DNA of 64,000 nucleotides, from the NCBI GenBank assembly GCA_014905635.1, contig JABVCE010000002.1, forward strand, positions 310,001 to 374,000, given 5' to 3'. Under the pieces are notes generated by a model. It was not told the DNA's origin and ran no database searches. It worked only from the letters and a program-made list of their open reading frames with translations. Shown piece after piece: positions 12,101-23,969 of the stretch (its first letter is position 1; each line of letters opens with the position of its first letter). Made by a program: the position numbers and the translations under genes. Source of the DNA: Scenedesmus sp. PABB004. Lineage: Eukaryota.

Positions 12101-14901
12101 CCTCCCAGTCCCCAGCCCCGCGCTGCCGCGCGTGCGCGCCGTGTAAAAGGCGATGCGCTCGTGCAGCGGCACGTGGCGCTCGAGGTAGGCCACCGGCGTG
12201 TACCCCGGCCCGCCCCAGCGGCCGTTGATGGCCGCCACGAGCGCGAGCGCCGCCTCGTGCAGCTCCGCGAGCTCCTTGCCGCTGCTGCGTGGCGCGTTGG
12301 TGATCTGCGGGCGCGGCGCCGCGGACGCGCCGGCGCCGGCGCGCCCCCTCAGCTGCCGCCGCGGCGCCGGCGGCGGCGGCTCGCGCGCGCGGCGCGCACC
12401 CCCTCTGCCTCTCCCTCCCTCCTGATTGCCCTCCCCGCCCCCGCCCGCCCGCCCACACACACGCACCTGCACCAGCACCGCCTTGCCGCGCCACTCGGGG
12501 TGCTGCTCGAGCAGTCGCTCAAAGGCCTGGAGCTTGAGCTCGATGCCCTTGAACACGTCCAGGTCGTCCACGCCCAGCAGCACCTGGCGCCCCTCGTACT
12601 GGCTGACCAGCTCGCCGCGGCGCCACTGGAACTCCGGCCAGCTGAAGCCCTCGAGCAGGCGCTGCGGGTTGACGCCTGCGCGCGGCGCGCGGGCGCGCGG
12701 CGGCGGCGCGGCGCGCAGCCGCGCGCGTCGGCCGGCGGCGGCCCGGCGGCGCCTCTGCTCGGCGCCCGCGCCCGCCCGCCCGCCCGCCCGCCCGTTCAGC
12801 CGCCCAGCCGCCTCGTGCCGAGGGCGCGCAGCGCCCGCCCACTGCCCACGCACTCACCCACCCACGCCCGCCACACCCCCGCCCGCCCGCCTGAACCGCC
12901 TGAGCCCTGGTCCCTGAGCCCTAGCACCCACCCGTGGGCATGATCTTGATGCCAACGTTGCGGCCGTAGTACTCGATGCTGATCGCGCCGCGCAGCGTCT
13001 CGTGCTCCAGGCCCAGCATGCGGCTCGCGCACGAGAGGAAGTGCCGCGCGTAGTCAAAGGTGTGGAAGCCTGGAGGGGTGTGTGTGGCGGCGGTGTGTGG
13101 GTGGGTGGGAGGTGCAGGCGTGGCCTGCGGCGGGCCCAGAGCGCCGGCGGCGGCGCGGGCGGCGCGGGCGGCGCGGTGCGGGCGGCGCGCACCGATGAGG
13201 TCGGCGTTGAGCATCGAGCGCAGCAGCTCCTCGCGCTTGGGGAAGGTGCGGAAGATCTCGCTGCTGGGGAAGGGCGAGTGCAGGAACAGACCGCACCTGC
13301 GCACAAGCGCGGCGGTCAGCCCGGCGCCCCGCCGGCGCGGCCCCTCCACACCCCCGCCCGCCGCCTCCCTCCTCCCCGCCCTCCTCCCCGCCCGCCTCCC
13401 CGCCCGCCTCGCACCGGATCTTGTTGAATCGCTTGCGCAGCAGGCTGGGCAGCACGAGGAGGTGGTAGTCATGGATCCACACGTAGTCGGTGTCGCTGGC
13501 GCACTCCTCGACCACCTTCTCCATGAACGACTGCGCACAACGCGAGCGCGCAGGCGGTGACCGGGCGGGCGGGCGGGGCGGGGTGTGAAGACGCGCGCGC
13601 CGCGAGCCCTGCCTGCGCGCGCAACGCGCGGCGGCGGCGCGGCCCCTGCCTCGCCCCTGGCGCGGCGCGGCCGCGCCGTGCCTTGTTGGCCTTGACGTAG
13701 GCCTGCCAGAGCTCGCTGTTGAAGCGCCCCGCGCTGCTCGGCGCCATGGGCAGGACGTAGTGGAAGAGCGGCCACAGCTGCTGCTTGCAGAAGCCTGCGC
13801 GCGCGCGTGCGTGTGCGCGCGCGCCGGGCGCGGCGGCTCGGCGCGCCGCCGGCGCCGCGCCCGCGCGCCGCCCGCGACGCTGCCCGCGGGGCGCTGCGCC
13901 GCGCCGCGCTGTCGCTGCTGCGCGCGCAGGCAGGCGGGTGCCCGTGGGCGCCGCACCCTTGTAGTACTTCTCCTTGACGTCCGGCGCGATGAACACGGGC
14001 GCGCAGTTGTGCTGCGCCTTGAGCGCGACAGACACCTCCTGCGGGCCGGGACCGCGCGTGCAAAACGCGCGCATGAGCGGCCGCGCGGCGCCGCCCGTGC
14101 TGCCGCCGCGGGGCGCCCGCCGGCCGGCGCGCACACGCGCGCGCGCACGCACACACGCACACACACGCGCCGGCCGGCCGCACCTCCTGCTCCATGACGT
14201 CGACGTCGGCGTTGAGGCTGCCGACATACACGACCTCAAACTCGTCGGGGATGCCCTCCTGCAAGCCGGGGAGCAGCCCCAGGCGCGCACGCGGGCGGCG
14301 GGCGCGTGAGCGCCGACGGCGCGGGGCGCTGCTGCCGCCGCCGCCGCGCTGCTGCCGCGCTGCTGCCGCCGCCGCTGCGCGCGCCGCCGCGCCTTGGCCT
14401 GCGCGACGAGCGCGTCCGCGTCCCACTCAAACTCCCAGCTCCCGTCCGCGTCGCGCTTGGCGCGAATGGGCAAGACATTGGAGACGATGATCAGCCTGCG
14501 CCGCCGCGGCCGCGGCGGCGCGGCGCGTCGGCGGCGGCGGCAGCAGCGGCGCGCGCCGGCGTCGGCCGCGGCGGCGGGACCCCGCGCGCCGCGGCGCCGG
14601 GCGCCGTCGCGGGCGCCCGGGACGCGCGGCGCGGCGTCCCGCGCCGGGGCCAGGCACGGCGCGCCGATCGGGGCGCGGCGCGGCGGCGCCAGCCTGGCGG
14701 CGGCCGCAGCTGCCGGCACACGCGCGCGCCGGGGCGCAGCAGCGCCTCGCACCTGTTGCGCCCGCTGTTGCTGTCCAGGGAGAGCGTGGAGCCGGACTGC
14801 GGGCCCTGGCCGAAGCGGCTGGCCTGCGCCTGCCGGGCGTCGCTGAACTCGGCCGTGGCGAGCGCGGCCAGGTTGTGGTAGCTCCCCCCCATGGTCTTCA
14901 T
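9175..14901 (-). CDS. TPS: Class II trehalose-6-phosphate synthase/phosphatase
   Basis: RLIIVSNVLP, GFCKQQLWPLFHY, WIHDYHL, FLHSPFPSSEIF, RDGMNLVPYEY, LLDYDGT, GDDRSDEDMF; about 19 introns; apparent 1-bp frameshift near 11631. Confidence 0.95.
10626..10710 (+). repeat. Degenerate (GAGTGAGG)n repeat in a TPS intron
   Basis: Repeated gagtgagg/gagcgggg octamers. Confidence 0.8.
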
Positions 14902-15304
14902 GGCGCCCGCGCCCCGCGGGGCGATCGCCTCGGCGCGCTGCGTGCGGGAGGGCGCGCCTCGCGCCGATCGCGTCCTGCGACAGCTGCTGCCGCGCGCTCC
15001 TGCCGCGCTGTGTCGGTCGCACGGCGGGGCACGAGCCGGTATTCGCCGAGACGCAGCGCAACCGCGGTTCGGGGTCCGGCAGCACGCCGCACCGCCGCCG
15101 GCCCGCCGCCCGGCCGCCCGACTGCCGCCGGCCGCGTGTGACCGCCGCCGCAGCTCCGAGCGCCGGCTGCGCGCCGCCGCCGCGAGTCGCGGACACGCAC
15201 GACGCGGCGCGGGCGCTGCTGGCGCGCCGCGGCGCGCCCGCGCTGCTCCCGCACCGACTGCTGGGCGCCCCAGGCGCGGCTGCCCAGCCGACTCACGGGC
15301 CGAC

Positions 15305-16975
15305 TCACGGGCCTGCCGGCACGGCCGCGCCGCCGCCGGCCTTGGGCGGCGGCCCCTCCTGGACGCGCGTCTTCCACCCCGGGTGCTCGCGCAGCCAGGC
15401 CGCCTCGGCGTCGGCCAGCTCGTCGCGCGCGAGCAGCCGCCACGGAAAGTCTGCAGGGACGAGCTCCGGCCTGCGGCGACGGGGCGGCGCGGGGGCGCTC
15501 TCTCAACCCCCCGGCCACGCCCGGCGGAGCGCGCGCTGCGCACCGTCCGTGCAGCAGGCCGACCAGGAACTCCAGCGCGTCCACAAGGCGCGGCCCCGGG
15601 CGGTTGAACATGGCGCTGCCGTCGACGAGCGCGACGCGGCCGGCGCGCACGGCGGCCAGGCCCGGCCACCACCCGCTGGCCGTCACGGGCGGCAGCTGCG
15701 CCAGCGTCGCTGGGATGTCGAGGCCGCAGGGGCAGACGACGATCCAGTCGGGGTCCGCGGCCGCGAGCTGCGCGTTGAAGATCGCCCGCGACGCCCCCGC
15801 GCCCTCGCGCCCGCTGCGGCGGCGGCGGACGCGGACGCGGCGTGGGGAGAGGGGGGCCGAGCGAGGGGCAGGTCGGCGCGCGCGGCGCGCCTCGCTCGCT
15901 GCGCCCGCGCTCCCCGCCCGGCCGGGCGGCGCGACGCGCTCGCACCTGGACGGGTTGAGCGGGTGCGTGCCGCCCGCCATCGCGATGAGCTGCGGCGTCC
16001 AGTGCCCGCCGATGAAGATGGGCTCCACCCACTCCAGGAACGCCACGGCCGGGTGCGCGAGCGGCGGCGCGGCGGCCACGCGCGCGACCGCGGCGTTGAC
16101 GCGGCGCCGCAGCGCGTCGGCCGCGTCCGCGGCGCGGCCGCCGAGCCCCAGCGCCTCCCCAACGACGCGCGCGTCGGCCAGCACGTCCTCCAGGCTGCCC
16201 GGGTTCAGGCAGACGATGCGCGGCGGCGCGGGCGGCGCGCCGGCGCCGGCATCGTCGTCGCCGTCACCCCGCGGCTGCCCCTGCTGCCCCCGCTGCTGCT
16301 CCTGCTCTCGCTCCCACTGCTGCCGCTCCCGCCGCATCTCCTCCACGAGCGCCTCGACCAGGCGCACATCGACGCTGCGCGCGCCCGGGCGCGGCGGCGC
16401 GGCGCGGCGGCGTCCGGCACGACCCCCTGCTCGCGGGCGCGCCGGCCCTGCCGGCAGCAGCAGCCCGCCGCACCTGCACACGCTGCAGAGCGACTGCGTG
16501 ACGATGACGTCGGGACGCAGCCGCCGCAGCTCGTCGCCCTGCACGCGCGCAGCGTGCGCGGGCTTGGCGCGTGCGCCAGCGAGCTGGCCAGAGCCAGCAG
16601 CAGCTGGCTGTGGCAGGGTCTGGTGGCTGGCGGCCGGCTGCCTGCGAGCGCGCGGCGCGACGCACGAAGACGACGTACAGGCCGTCGCCGCTCGCGAGCG
16701 TCGCGGTCACGGCCGCGTTCATCTGCTCGTAGGACTTGAACTCATTCTTGGCGGCCGTGAGCACGGGCCGGTCCATGATGCTCGCCGGCCAGTCGCACCT
16801 GCGGCGGCAGGCCGCCGCGCGCTCAACGCTGCTGCTGCCCGCTGCCGCGGCCGCTGGCGACCCTGCTGCTGCCCCGTGAGCGCCCCCCGCTGCGCGCCTC
16901 ACTCATGGCTCCTCCCCACGAGCAGCTCCTCGCCGCCGACGAGGCAAATCAGCTCCGTGGCGCTCGGAAGCAGCC
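15305..16975 (-). CDS. BtuF/TroA-like (cobalamin/Fe-siderophore periplasmic-binding fold) protein with no ATG of its own
   Basis: LLPSATELICLVGGEELLVGRSHE|CDWP..RPDVIVTQSLCSVC..FLEWVEPIFIGGHWTPQLIAMAGG..PDWIVVCPCG..DGSAMFNRPGPRLVDALE..FPW; five GT-AG introns; TGA at 15307-15305. Confidence 0.85.
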
Positions 16976-17061
16976 GGCGGCGGCAGGCGCGGCAGCTGCT
17001 GTGCGCTCGCTTGCGGCTGCCTGGGGCGTGCCTGTGCGGTCGAGGCCAGCACGAGCGCCCG

Positions 17062-17066
17062 TTACA
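17062..17066 (-). terminator. TGTAA poly(A) signal for SSRP1
   Basis: About 60 nt after the stop. Confidence 0.65.
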
Positions 17067-17123
17067 AACGGCGTCAACCCGCGGCGGCCCAGGGCTCAGC
17101 GGCCGCCGCGTTACTCAGCCGCC

Positions 17124-20100
17124 TCACTCCGCCGCCTCCTCCTCGGCGTCGTCGCCGCCGCCGCCGTGGTCGTCGCCGCCGTGGTCGTCGCCCTCCGCGG
17201 CCGCCGCCGCGCCGCTGGCCTTGTACTCGGCCATCGCCGCGGCGTAGCGCTCCTTGTCCTTGGCCGCCTGCGGCGCGCGCGCGCACACGAGCGGGGCGCG
17301 TCGACGCGCCGACGCTGCGCAGCCGCTGAGCCGCCGCGCGCGGGGGCTGGGCGCGGCGCCGCGCGCGCCGCCCCCGCGCCGCACCTGGGCCTCGAACGGC
17401 GCCTTGTCCTCCGCTGAGAGCGCCTTCCACTGCTCGCCCAGGACCTTGCCGATCTGGCGGGGCCACGGCCCGCGGGCACGGGCGCGGGCGTGGCGTGGGC
17501 CCGCAGCGCGCGCCCAGCCCGGGCAGCGCAGCACACGCTCCAGGCGCGGCGGGGCCACTCCCATGCCCCCCCCCCCCAAAACAAACAAACAAACAAACAA
17601 ACAAACAAACAAACAAACAAACAAACAAACAAACAAACAAACAAACAAACAAACAAACAAACAAACAAACAAACAAACAACAAGGGCGCGCGCATGCGCG
17701 CCTGGCCAAAGGCGATGCCCGGGTTGTCAGCCTTGACCTTGTCGCGCGTCGCGTTTGAAAAGTACATGAACGCGCTCAGCGCCTTCTTGGGCGCGTTGGG
17801 GTCCTTCTTGCGCCGCTTCTTCTTCGCCGGCGCCTCGGCTGGGGTCGGGGTCGTTGACGCGCGGGCGCGCGGCGCGGCGGCGCGTGAGCGGGCGGCGCGG
17901 CGCGCGCGCGGCGCTCCGCTGAGAGGCGGCGGCGGCGGCGGTGGCAGCGGGCGGCGCACCCTCGCCGCCGTCGCCGTCCTCGCCAGGCGGCGGCTTCTCC
18001 TTCTTGGGCTTCTTGGCCGCCTGGGGGGCGCAGGGGGGGGGGGGGGGGCGGCACGGCCACGCGGCGCGTCGGGCGGCGGCCCGGCGGGCCGCCCCTGCGT
18101 CGAGCCTGCCCAGCGGCGCGCGCCGCCGCGCGCGGCCGCGCCACGCGCCTTGGGCTTGGGCGCCGGCGCGTCGCCGCCGCCGTCGCCGTCGGCGCCGGCC
18201 TTGCGCTTCTTGGGCTTGCTGCCCAGCACCGCGCCCACGCCGATGCCCTCCTCGTCCACCATCTCCGCGTCGCTGCTGCCGCTCGCGTCGTCGCTGCGCG
18301 GGGGCCGGCCGCGCGGCGCGGCGCGGCGCGGCGGGGGGTGGGGCGCCGCGCGGGCCGCGCGCGGGCTGCGGGCGCGGCGTGCCGAGCGCGGAGCTCACAC
18401 GCCCCACGCGCCCCGCGCGCGCGCGTGCCTGCCCTGGTCCTCGTTGAGGCTGCCGCCGCTGCTGCCGCTGTCCTCCTCGCCCGCCTCGTCAAAGTCCTCG
18501 TCGTCCTCCGAGTCGTCGTCTGCGCGCCGCGCGGCGCGCCGCCGCCGCCGCCGCTCAGCACACCGCGCTGCGCGCCGGGGGCTGGCACCCGCTCCTCCCG
18601 CCCTCCCCTCCCCGCCCGCCCGCCCCTCCAGCCGGCCCCGCGCTCCGCCGCGCGCGCGCCCCGGCCCCGCCCACGCGCACCCGCCTCGGCGCGCGCCGCG
18701 CGCAGGCCGGCGTCGAGGTCGTCGCCGAGGTCGATGCCCGCCCCGGGGCCGCGCGGGCCGGCGCGCGCCTCGGCCAGGTTGTCGACCTTGATCTTGCGCG
18801 CGTTGATGAACGCAAACAGCGGCTCCCACTCGCTGCGCGCGATGTTGCGGAACTGGTACTCCTGCGGGGTGGGCGGGGTGGGCGCAGGGTTTAGGGGTGG
18901 GTGTGGTGGGCGGGGTTTTGGGTGGTGGCGGGCGGGCGGGCGGCGGCGAGCATGCGTTGTGTGGGCGCGGGGGCGCGGGGGTGCGGGGGCGCGGGCGCCG
19001 CCGCGGGGAGGCCCGCGCGCGCGCGCGGCGTAGGGTCGCCGCACCGTGTTGTTTGAGCGCTGGCGTATGAGCAGGTCGAACGTGCGCACGCTGCTGCTGA
19101 TGACGCCGCCGCCCTGGCGCTGGAACTCGACGCTCTCGATGTCGGCCGCGTTGATGCACATCGGGGGCTTGTGCACGTAGAAGAAGGCCTTGTCCAGCGG
19201 GTACAGGAAGCCGTCGTCGGCCTTGTAGCTGACGCGGCGCCACGCACGTGGGCGTGGGCGTGGGCGTGGGCGTGGGCGTGGGCGTGGGCGTGGGCGTGGG
19301 CGTGGGCGTGGGCGTGGGCGTGGGCGGGCGTGGGAGGGCGTGGGCGCGTGGGGGGGGGGGGTGGGTGGGCGTGGGAGGGCGGCGGGTGTGCGTGAGGGTG
19401 GGTGTGAGGGTGGGTGGGTGTGCGTGTGTGAGAGGGGGGCGCGCGAGCGAGTGCGTGCGTGGCGTGGGTGGGAGCGAGGCGGGGCCTGCTGCGCGGAACC
19501 TGCAGAGCGGGGCGTCCCGACGCTGCCCGCGCCCGCGCCCGCGCGCTGCCCATGTGAGCTGCACGCCTGGCACGGCACCAAGGCAGGAAGCGCACAGGGG
19601 CAGCGCGCGGGCGCGGGCGCGGGCGCGGGCGCGCGCGGGCGGGGAGGGCGAGGCGGCGCGCCGCGCCGCGCCGCGCCGCGCGCGCGCACCTGCAGCGCAC
19701 GGCGCAGCCGTCGCCGGCGTGGTTGCGGTAGGTCTCCACCTTGGCGCGCGTGATCTTCGCGCCGCTCAGCCCGCGCAGCGTGTGCGCAAACACGGTGTGC
19801 AGCGCGCCCGACATCGTGCGCTGCAGCTTGCCGCCGCACTGCGGCGCGCGGCGCGCGGGGGTCGGGCGTCAGCGGCCGGCGGCCAGCGGCGCACCGCCGC
19901 GCATGCGCGCGCGCGTGTTCATGCCCTGCGGCGCCCTGGGGCGCTGTGCGTGCTGTGCGTGCTGTGCGTGCTGTGTGCGCTGCGTGCGCGCGCGGGTGCA
20001 CCTTTTCGTTCTTCTGCGCGAGCAGGTCGTCGCTGATGTCGAGCGTGACGGTGATGTCGTCGGCGTTGTTGAACTGGCACAGCAGGTAGCTGCGCGTGTG

Positions 20101-22040
20101 CGTGTGCGTGTGTGCGTGCGCGTGCGCGTGTGTGGTGGAGGGGGTGGTGCCGTCAGCGCGGGCCCGCCGCGCGCGCGCCGGCGCGCCGGCGCGCCGGCGC
20201 CGCCCCAGGTGTCGCCCCCCCCCCCCCCCACACACACCAACACGCCCGCGGCCGCGGCGCGCGTCGGCGGCGGCGCGGGCGCGCCTGTAGTAGGTCTGCC
20301 CCTTGCGAATGGGCGGGTCGAGGCCGATGACGACGAGCGTGTGGGGCGTGGAGGTCTTGGGCAGGATGAAGAGCCGGCCGATGCTGGCGTAGCGGATCTT
20401 AAAGTCCTGCGTCTGTGGTTGTGCGCGTGTGTGTGGGCGCGACGCAGCGCGCGGGCGCGGGCGAGGGGCGGGCGTGGGCGGGCGGGCGGGCGGGAGCGGG
20501 GAGCGGCCGCCGCTGCCGGGCTGTCCCGTGCGTGCGTGCACGTGTGCGCGCGTTGCGTGCGTGTGCTGCGCGCGTGTGTGTGCGTCGCGCGTGTGTGTGT
20601 CGCGCGCGCTGGCCGCCACCTGGCCGACGAGCTTGAGGAAGGTCGCGTGCATCTCGACCGCAAAGCGCCCGCGCGGCGCGATGACGGCGACGTCGTCGAA
20701 CAGCGCCACCGCGTCGTCGCTCGTCGCGACGCCCGCGTCGGTGTGCTGCAGCAGCGCCTCCACCAGCGCCTGCGCGGCGCACGCGCGGGCGCGGGTGCGG
20801 GCGCGTCGGGTGGGCGCGCAGCGCCGCGGCGGCGGCGCGCGCGGCGCGGCGCCGCGCGCGGGCGCGCCTTGGCGGCGGTCGCGGGCGCCTCGCCCTCGCC
20901 CGCGGCGTCGGCCGCGGCGGCGGCCCAGGCCTCGTTGCTGGGGGGCACGTGGAAGGCCATCTCGATGAGCGTGTCCTCCCTGTGTGGAGGGGAGCGGGGG
21001 TGGAGGTCGAGGTGCAGGGAGGGTGCAGGGAGGGTGCAGGGAGGGTGCAGGGAGGGTGCAGGGAGGGTGCAGGGAGGGTGCAGGGAGGGTGCAGGGAGGG
21101 TGCAGGGAGGGTGCAGGGTGCAGGGTGCAGGGAGGGCGGAGGGGGAGGGCAGGCGCAGCGGCAGGCGGCGGCGCGGCGGGTCCGCACTTGTCGTCGCCGG
21201 TGGTGTCGTCGACGTGGAACTCCAGCAGCACCTCGTCCTTGGTCTGCTGCGCCTGGCTCACGTCGGGCAGGGGCACCTCAAACATGACCTTGCCGTCAAC
21301 GCGGTACGCGAGGCTGCTCGCGTTCAGCTCCACGCCGCCCCAGTTGCGCCCCCCGATCGCGCGCTCCTGCGCGACGAGCTCCGTGCCCAGCGCGTCGCGG
21401 CAGAACGCCGCGAGCGCGTCGTGGTCCTGTGCCGGCGCGGCCGCGGGCGCGCGCGGGCGTGGGCGTGGGCCGCGTGCTGCGACGCGTGCGGCGTCGCGAG
21501 CGCCGGCGCCCGCTGGCGCGCCGCCGCCGCCGCCGCTGCAGGCGGCTCAAGGCCCTCCTGCCCCCCCCCCCCCACACGCGCGCGCACCTTCTCCTTGAAG
21601 CCCAGGAAGTTCACGGTCGGCCCCTCGCCGCGCCGCACGCCCAGCTGGCAGCCGCGCACCGCGCCCAGCCGCGTCCACACCAGACCCGTGATGTCTGCGC
21701 CGCGGGCGGCGGCGGCGGCGGCGGCGGCGGGGGCGCGTGCTGGGCGGCGGCGCGCGCGGCTGCCCCCGCAGCGAGCACGCCCGCCGCGGCGCCGCGCCTC
21801 ACCCTCCTTCTTCACGTCCACGTTCTTGCCGCCCTGCTGCCGCCGCCACGAGAATCCATGGCTGCTGACCTTGAGCAGGCCGGAGCTCTGCGGGCGCGGC
21901 GCGCCGCGGCGGCGGCGGTTGCCGCGCGCGCTGCTGCCGCTGCTGCACGCCGCGCCGCGGCGCCCCCGGCCGCACACCACGCCGCCGCGGCTGCCGAGGG
22001 AGATGTTGCCGAACTGGTGCGTCGCGGTGTCCGTCGCCAT
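17124..22040 (-). CDS. SSRP1: FACT complex subunit SSRP1 (with HMG box)
   Basis: [73 protein letters not shown] box; about 16 introns. Confidence 0.96.
17578..17683 (+). repeat. (AAAC)n microsatellite in an SSRP1 intron
   Basis: About 25 perfect AAAC units; the only long AT-rich tract nearby. Confidence 0.98.
19248..19326 (+). repeat. (GTGGGC)n microsatellite in an SSRP1 intron
   Basis: About 13 tandem hexamers. Confidence 0.95.
21011..21136 (+). repeat. 11-bp minisatellite (GGGTGCAGGGA)n in an SSRP1 intron
   Basis: About 10 tandem copies. Confidence 0.95.
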
Positions 22041-22511
22041 GGCGCCCGGAGGCCGCGCGCGCGGCCCGGGGCGCCTGTGATGATGCGCAGCGGGCGCGCC
22101 CCGCGTCGCCCGGCCGCCCCGGTGGCTGAGAGCGCGGGGATCAAGAGCTGCTGCGACTCAGGGCCGCAAGACCCCGCGCGCGCCTGTTTTGCACGCGGCT
22201 CTGCGGGGCGAGACGGCAGCAGCAGAACGGCGCGCTTGCCGGGCTCCCTCGATCGCGCGCCGCTGAGACCGGCGGGCGTCGCGGCGAGCGCTGTGCGGCT
22301 GGCCGCGACCGGACCGAGGAGCGCTGCCGTCGCCGCTCGCCGGCGGTTCAAACGTCGGCGCGCCGCCGCCGGGCGCGCGCGCGCCGGGCTCCCGCACAGT
22401 CGACGCCGGGCTCCCGCGCCGCCGGCCTGCCTGTCACCGCTCACGCGCCGGGCTCCCACTCCTGCTGTCGACGCCGGGCTCGCACTCCGCCGGCCTCCTC
22501 CCTGTCACCGC

Positions 22512-23654
22512 TCACGCGCCCGGCTCCCACTCCTGCTGCGCGCGCGTCTCCGCTTGGCGGCCGCGCCAGTACGTCTGCAGGAAGCCGAGGCCCTTGCCGC
22601 CGAGGACCATCGCGTTCTGCAGCTCCACCGGCAGGTCGTCGAGCGCACGCGCGGCCTCGTAGTACGCCATGCGCCAGATGAGCGCCGGGTTGTCGGCGAG
22701 CAGCGCCGCCACGACCTCGGGCGAATGGCTCGGGTGCAGCTCGACGAGCTTGCGCTCGGCGGCGCGCAGGCGGCGCGGCAGGTCGTCGAGCACAAGCAGC
22801 TTGGGGCACTCGGCCGCGACCGCGGCGACGTCGCGCCCCGGCGGCAGCCCCAGCACCAGGGTCACGAGCGCCTCGACCAGCTGCGCGCTGCGGGCGGCGG
22901 CGCGGCGCGGCGCGCCGGTCGTGGGCGCCGCGCCGCGCTGCGGCGGCGCGCGCGCGCCTTTGCAGCGGCTGCGCCGCCCTCGCAGCGGCGGCGCCGCCCT
23001 CACCTGCTGGTCAGCAGGAGGCGCGGCTCGGCCGCGACCATGGCCGCCGCGTCGGCGCCCGGCAGCGCGCGCGAGACGGCCGCGAGGCGCTGCGCGAGCG
23101 TCTGCAGGCGCAGGCACGGCGCAAAGTCGGCGTCGGCCTCCAGCTCGCGGACAAGCCGCGCCGCCGTGGCGCCGCTCAGCCCCGCCTCAACCAGGAACGC
23201 CTCCAGCGCCCCCGGTGGGTCGGGCTCCGCGCCCTCGGCGCTGCTGCCGCCGTCGGCTTGCCCTGCGCGGCCGGGCGGGCGGTGTGAGGGGCCGGCGCGA
23301 GCGCCTGGCGCTCGCCGCTCGCCGGCGCTCACAGGAGCTCATGAGCGCCGCCATCGTCTGCTGCTGCGCCAGCTCCTGCGCCTCCGCCAGGATCGCGGCG
23401 GCCTCTCGCAGCGCGCGCCGCGTTCGCTCGTCAAACGGGCCCGAGCCTGCTGCTGCCGCCGCGGCCGCCACGTGCCGCCGCTGCCAGCCGCACGGCTGGC
23501 AGAGTCGGCACGGGCTCAGCGACGGGCCCAGCTGAGCCCAGCTGAGCCCGGCGGAGCACGGCAGGGCACGGCCCAGCTGAGCCCGGGCTCGCCACGGCCC
23601 CGCGGGGCCGGGCAGCGCTGGCGCCCGCGCCGCTGCTTGGGCGGCGGCGTGCAT
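22512..23654 (-). CDS. Hypothetical organelle-targeted protein with mTERF-like repeats
   Basis: Three exons; recurring DAAAMVAAEPRLL / DVAAVAAECPKLL / VVAALLADNPALI; transit-like N-terminus. Confidence 0.6.
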
Positions 23655-23969
23655 GGCGCCCGAACGCGCGCGCAGCAGTCGCGGGCTGTGCGGTGATGAG
23701 GGCACACGCCGGGCGGTGACGTGGGGAGAGGGGCGTTGCTCGGCGGCCAGTGTGCGCCCCACCGCCGCCAGCAGCAGCGCAAACGCCGGTGCCGCCGTCG
23801 CGTCACGCGGTTCAGGCTCGGTTGGTCAGCCGGTCCCGACGAGACAGCTGCTAGCGCACCGCGTGTCCGTGGCAGCGCGTCAGCGCCGGCGGGGCGCCGC
23901 CACTCAGACGAGCGTCGGCGTGCTGCCGCGCCAGCGGGCGCTGCCCGCGCTGCGCCGCGCCTGCGGGCC

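Noticed and set aside
21011..21136. Regular repeat resembling a CRISPR array
   Set aside because: Head-to-tail copies with no unique spacers and no cas genes; intronic minisatellite
23694..23700. Isolated GTGATGA C-box-like motifs (also near 22077)
   Set aside because: No matching D box or terminal stem identified
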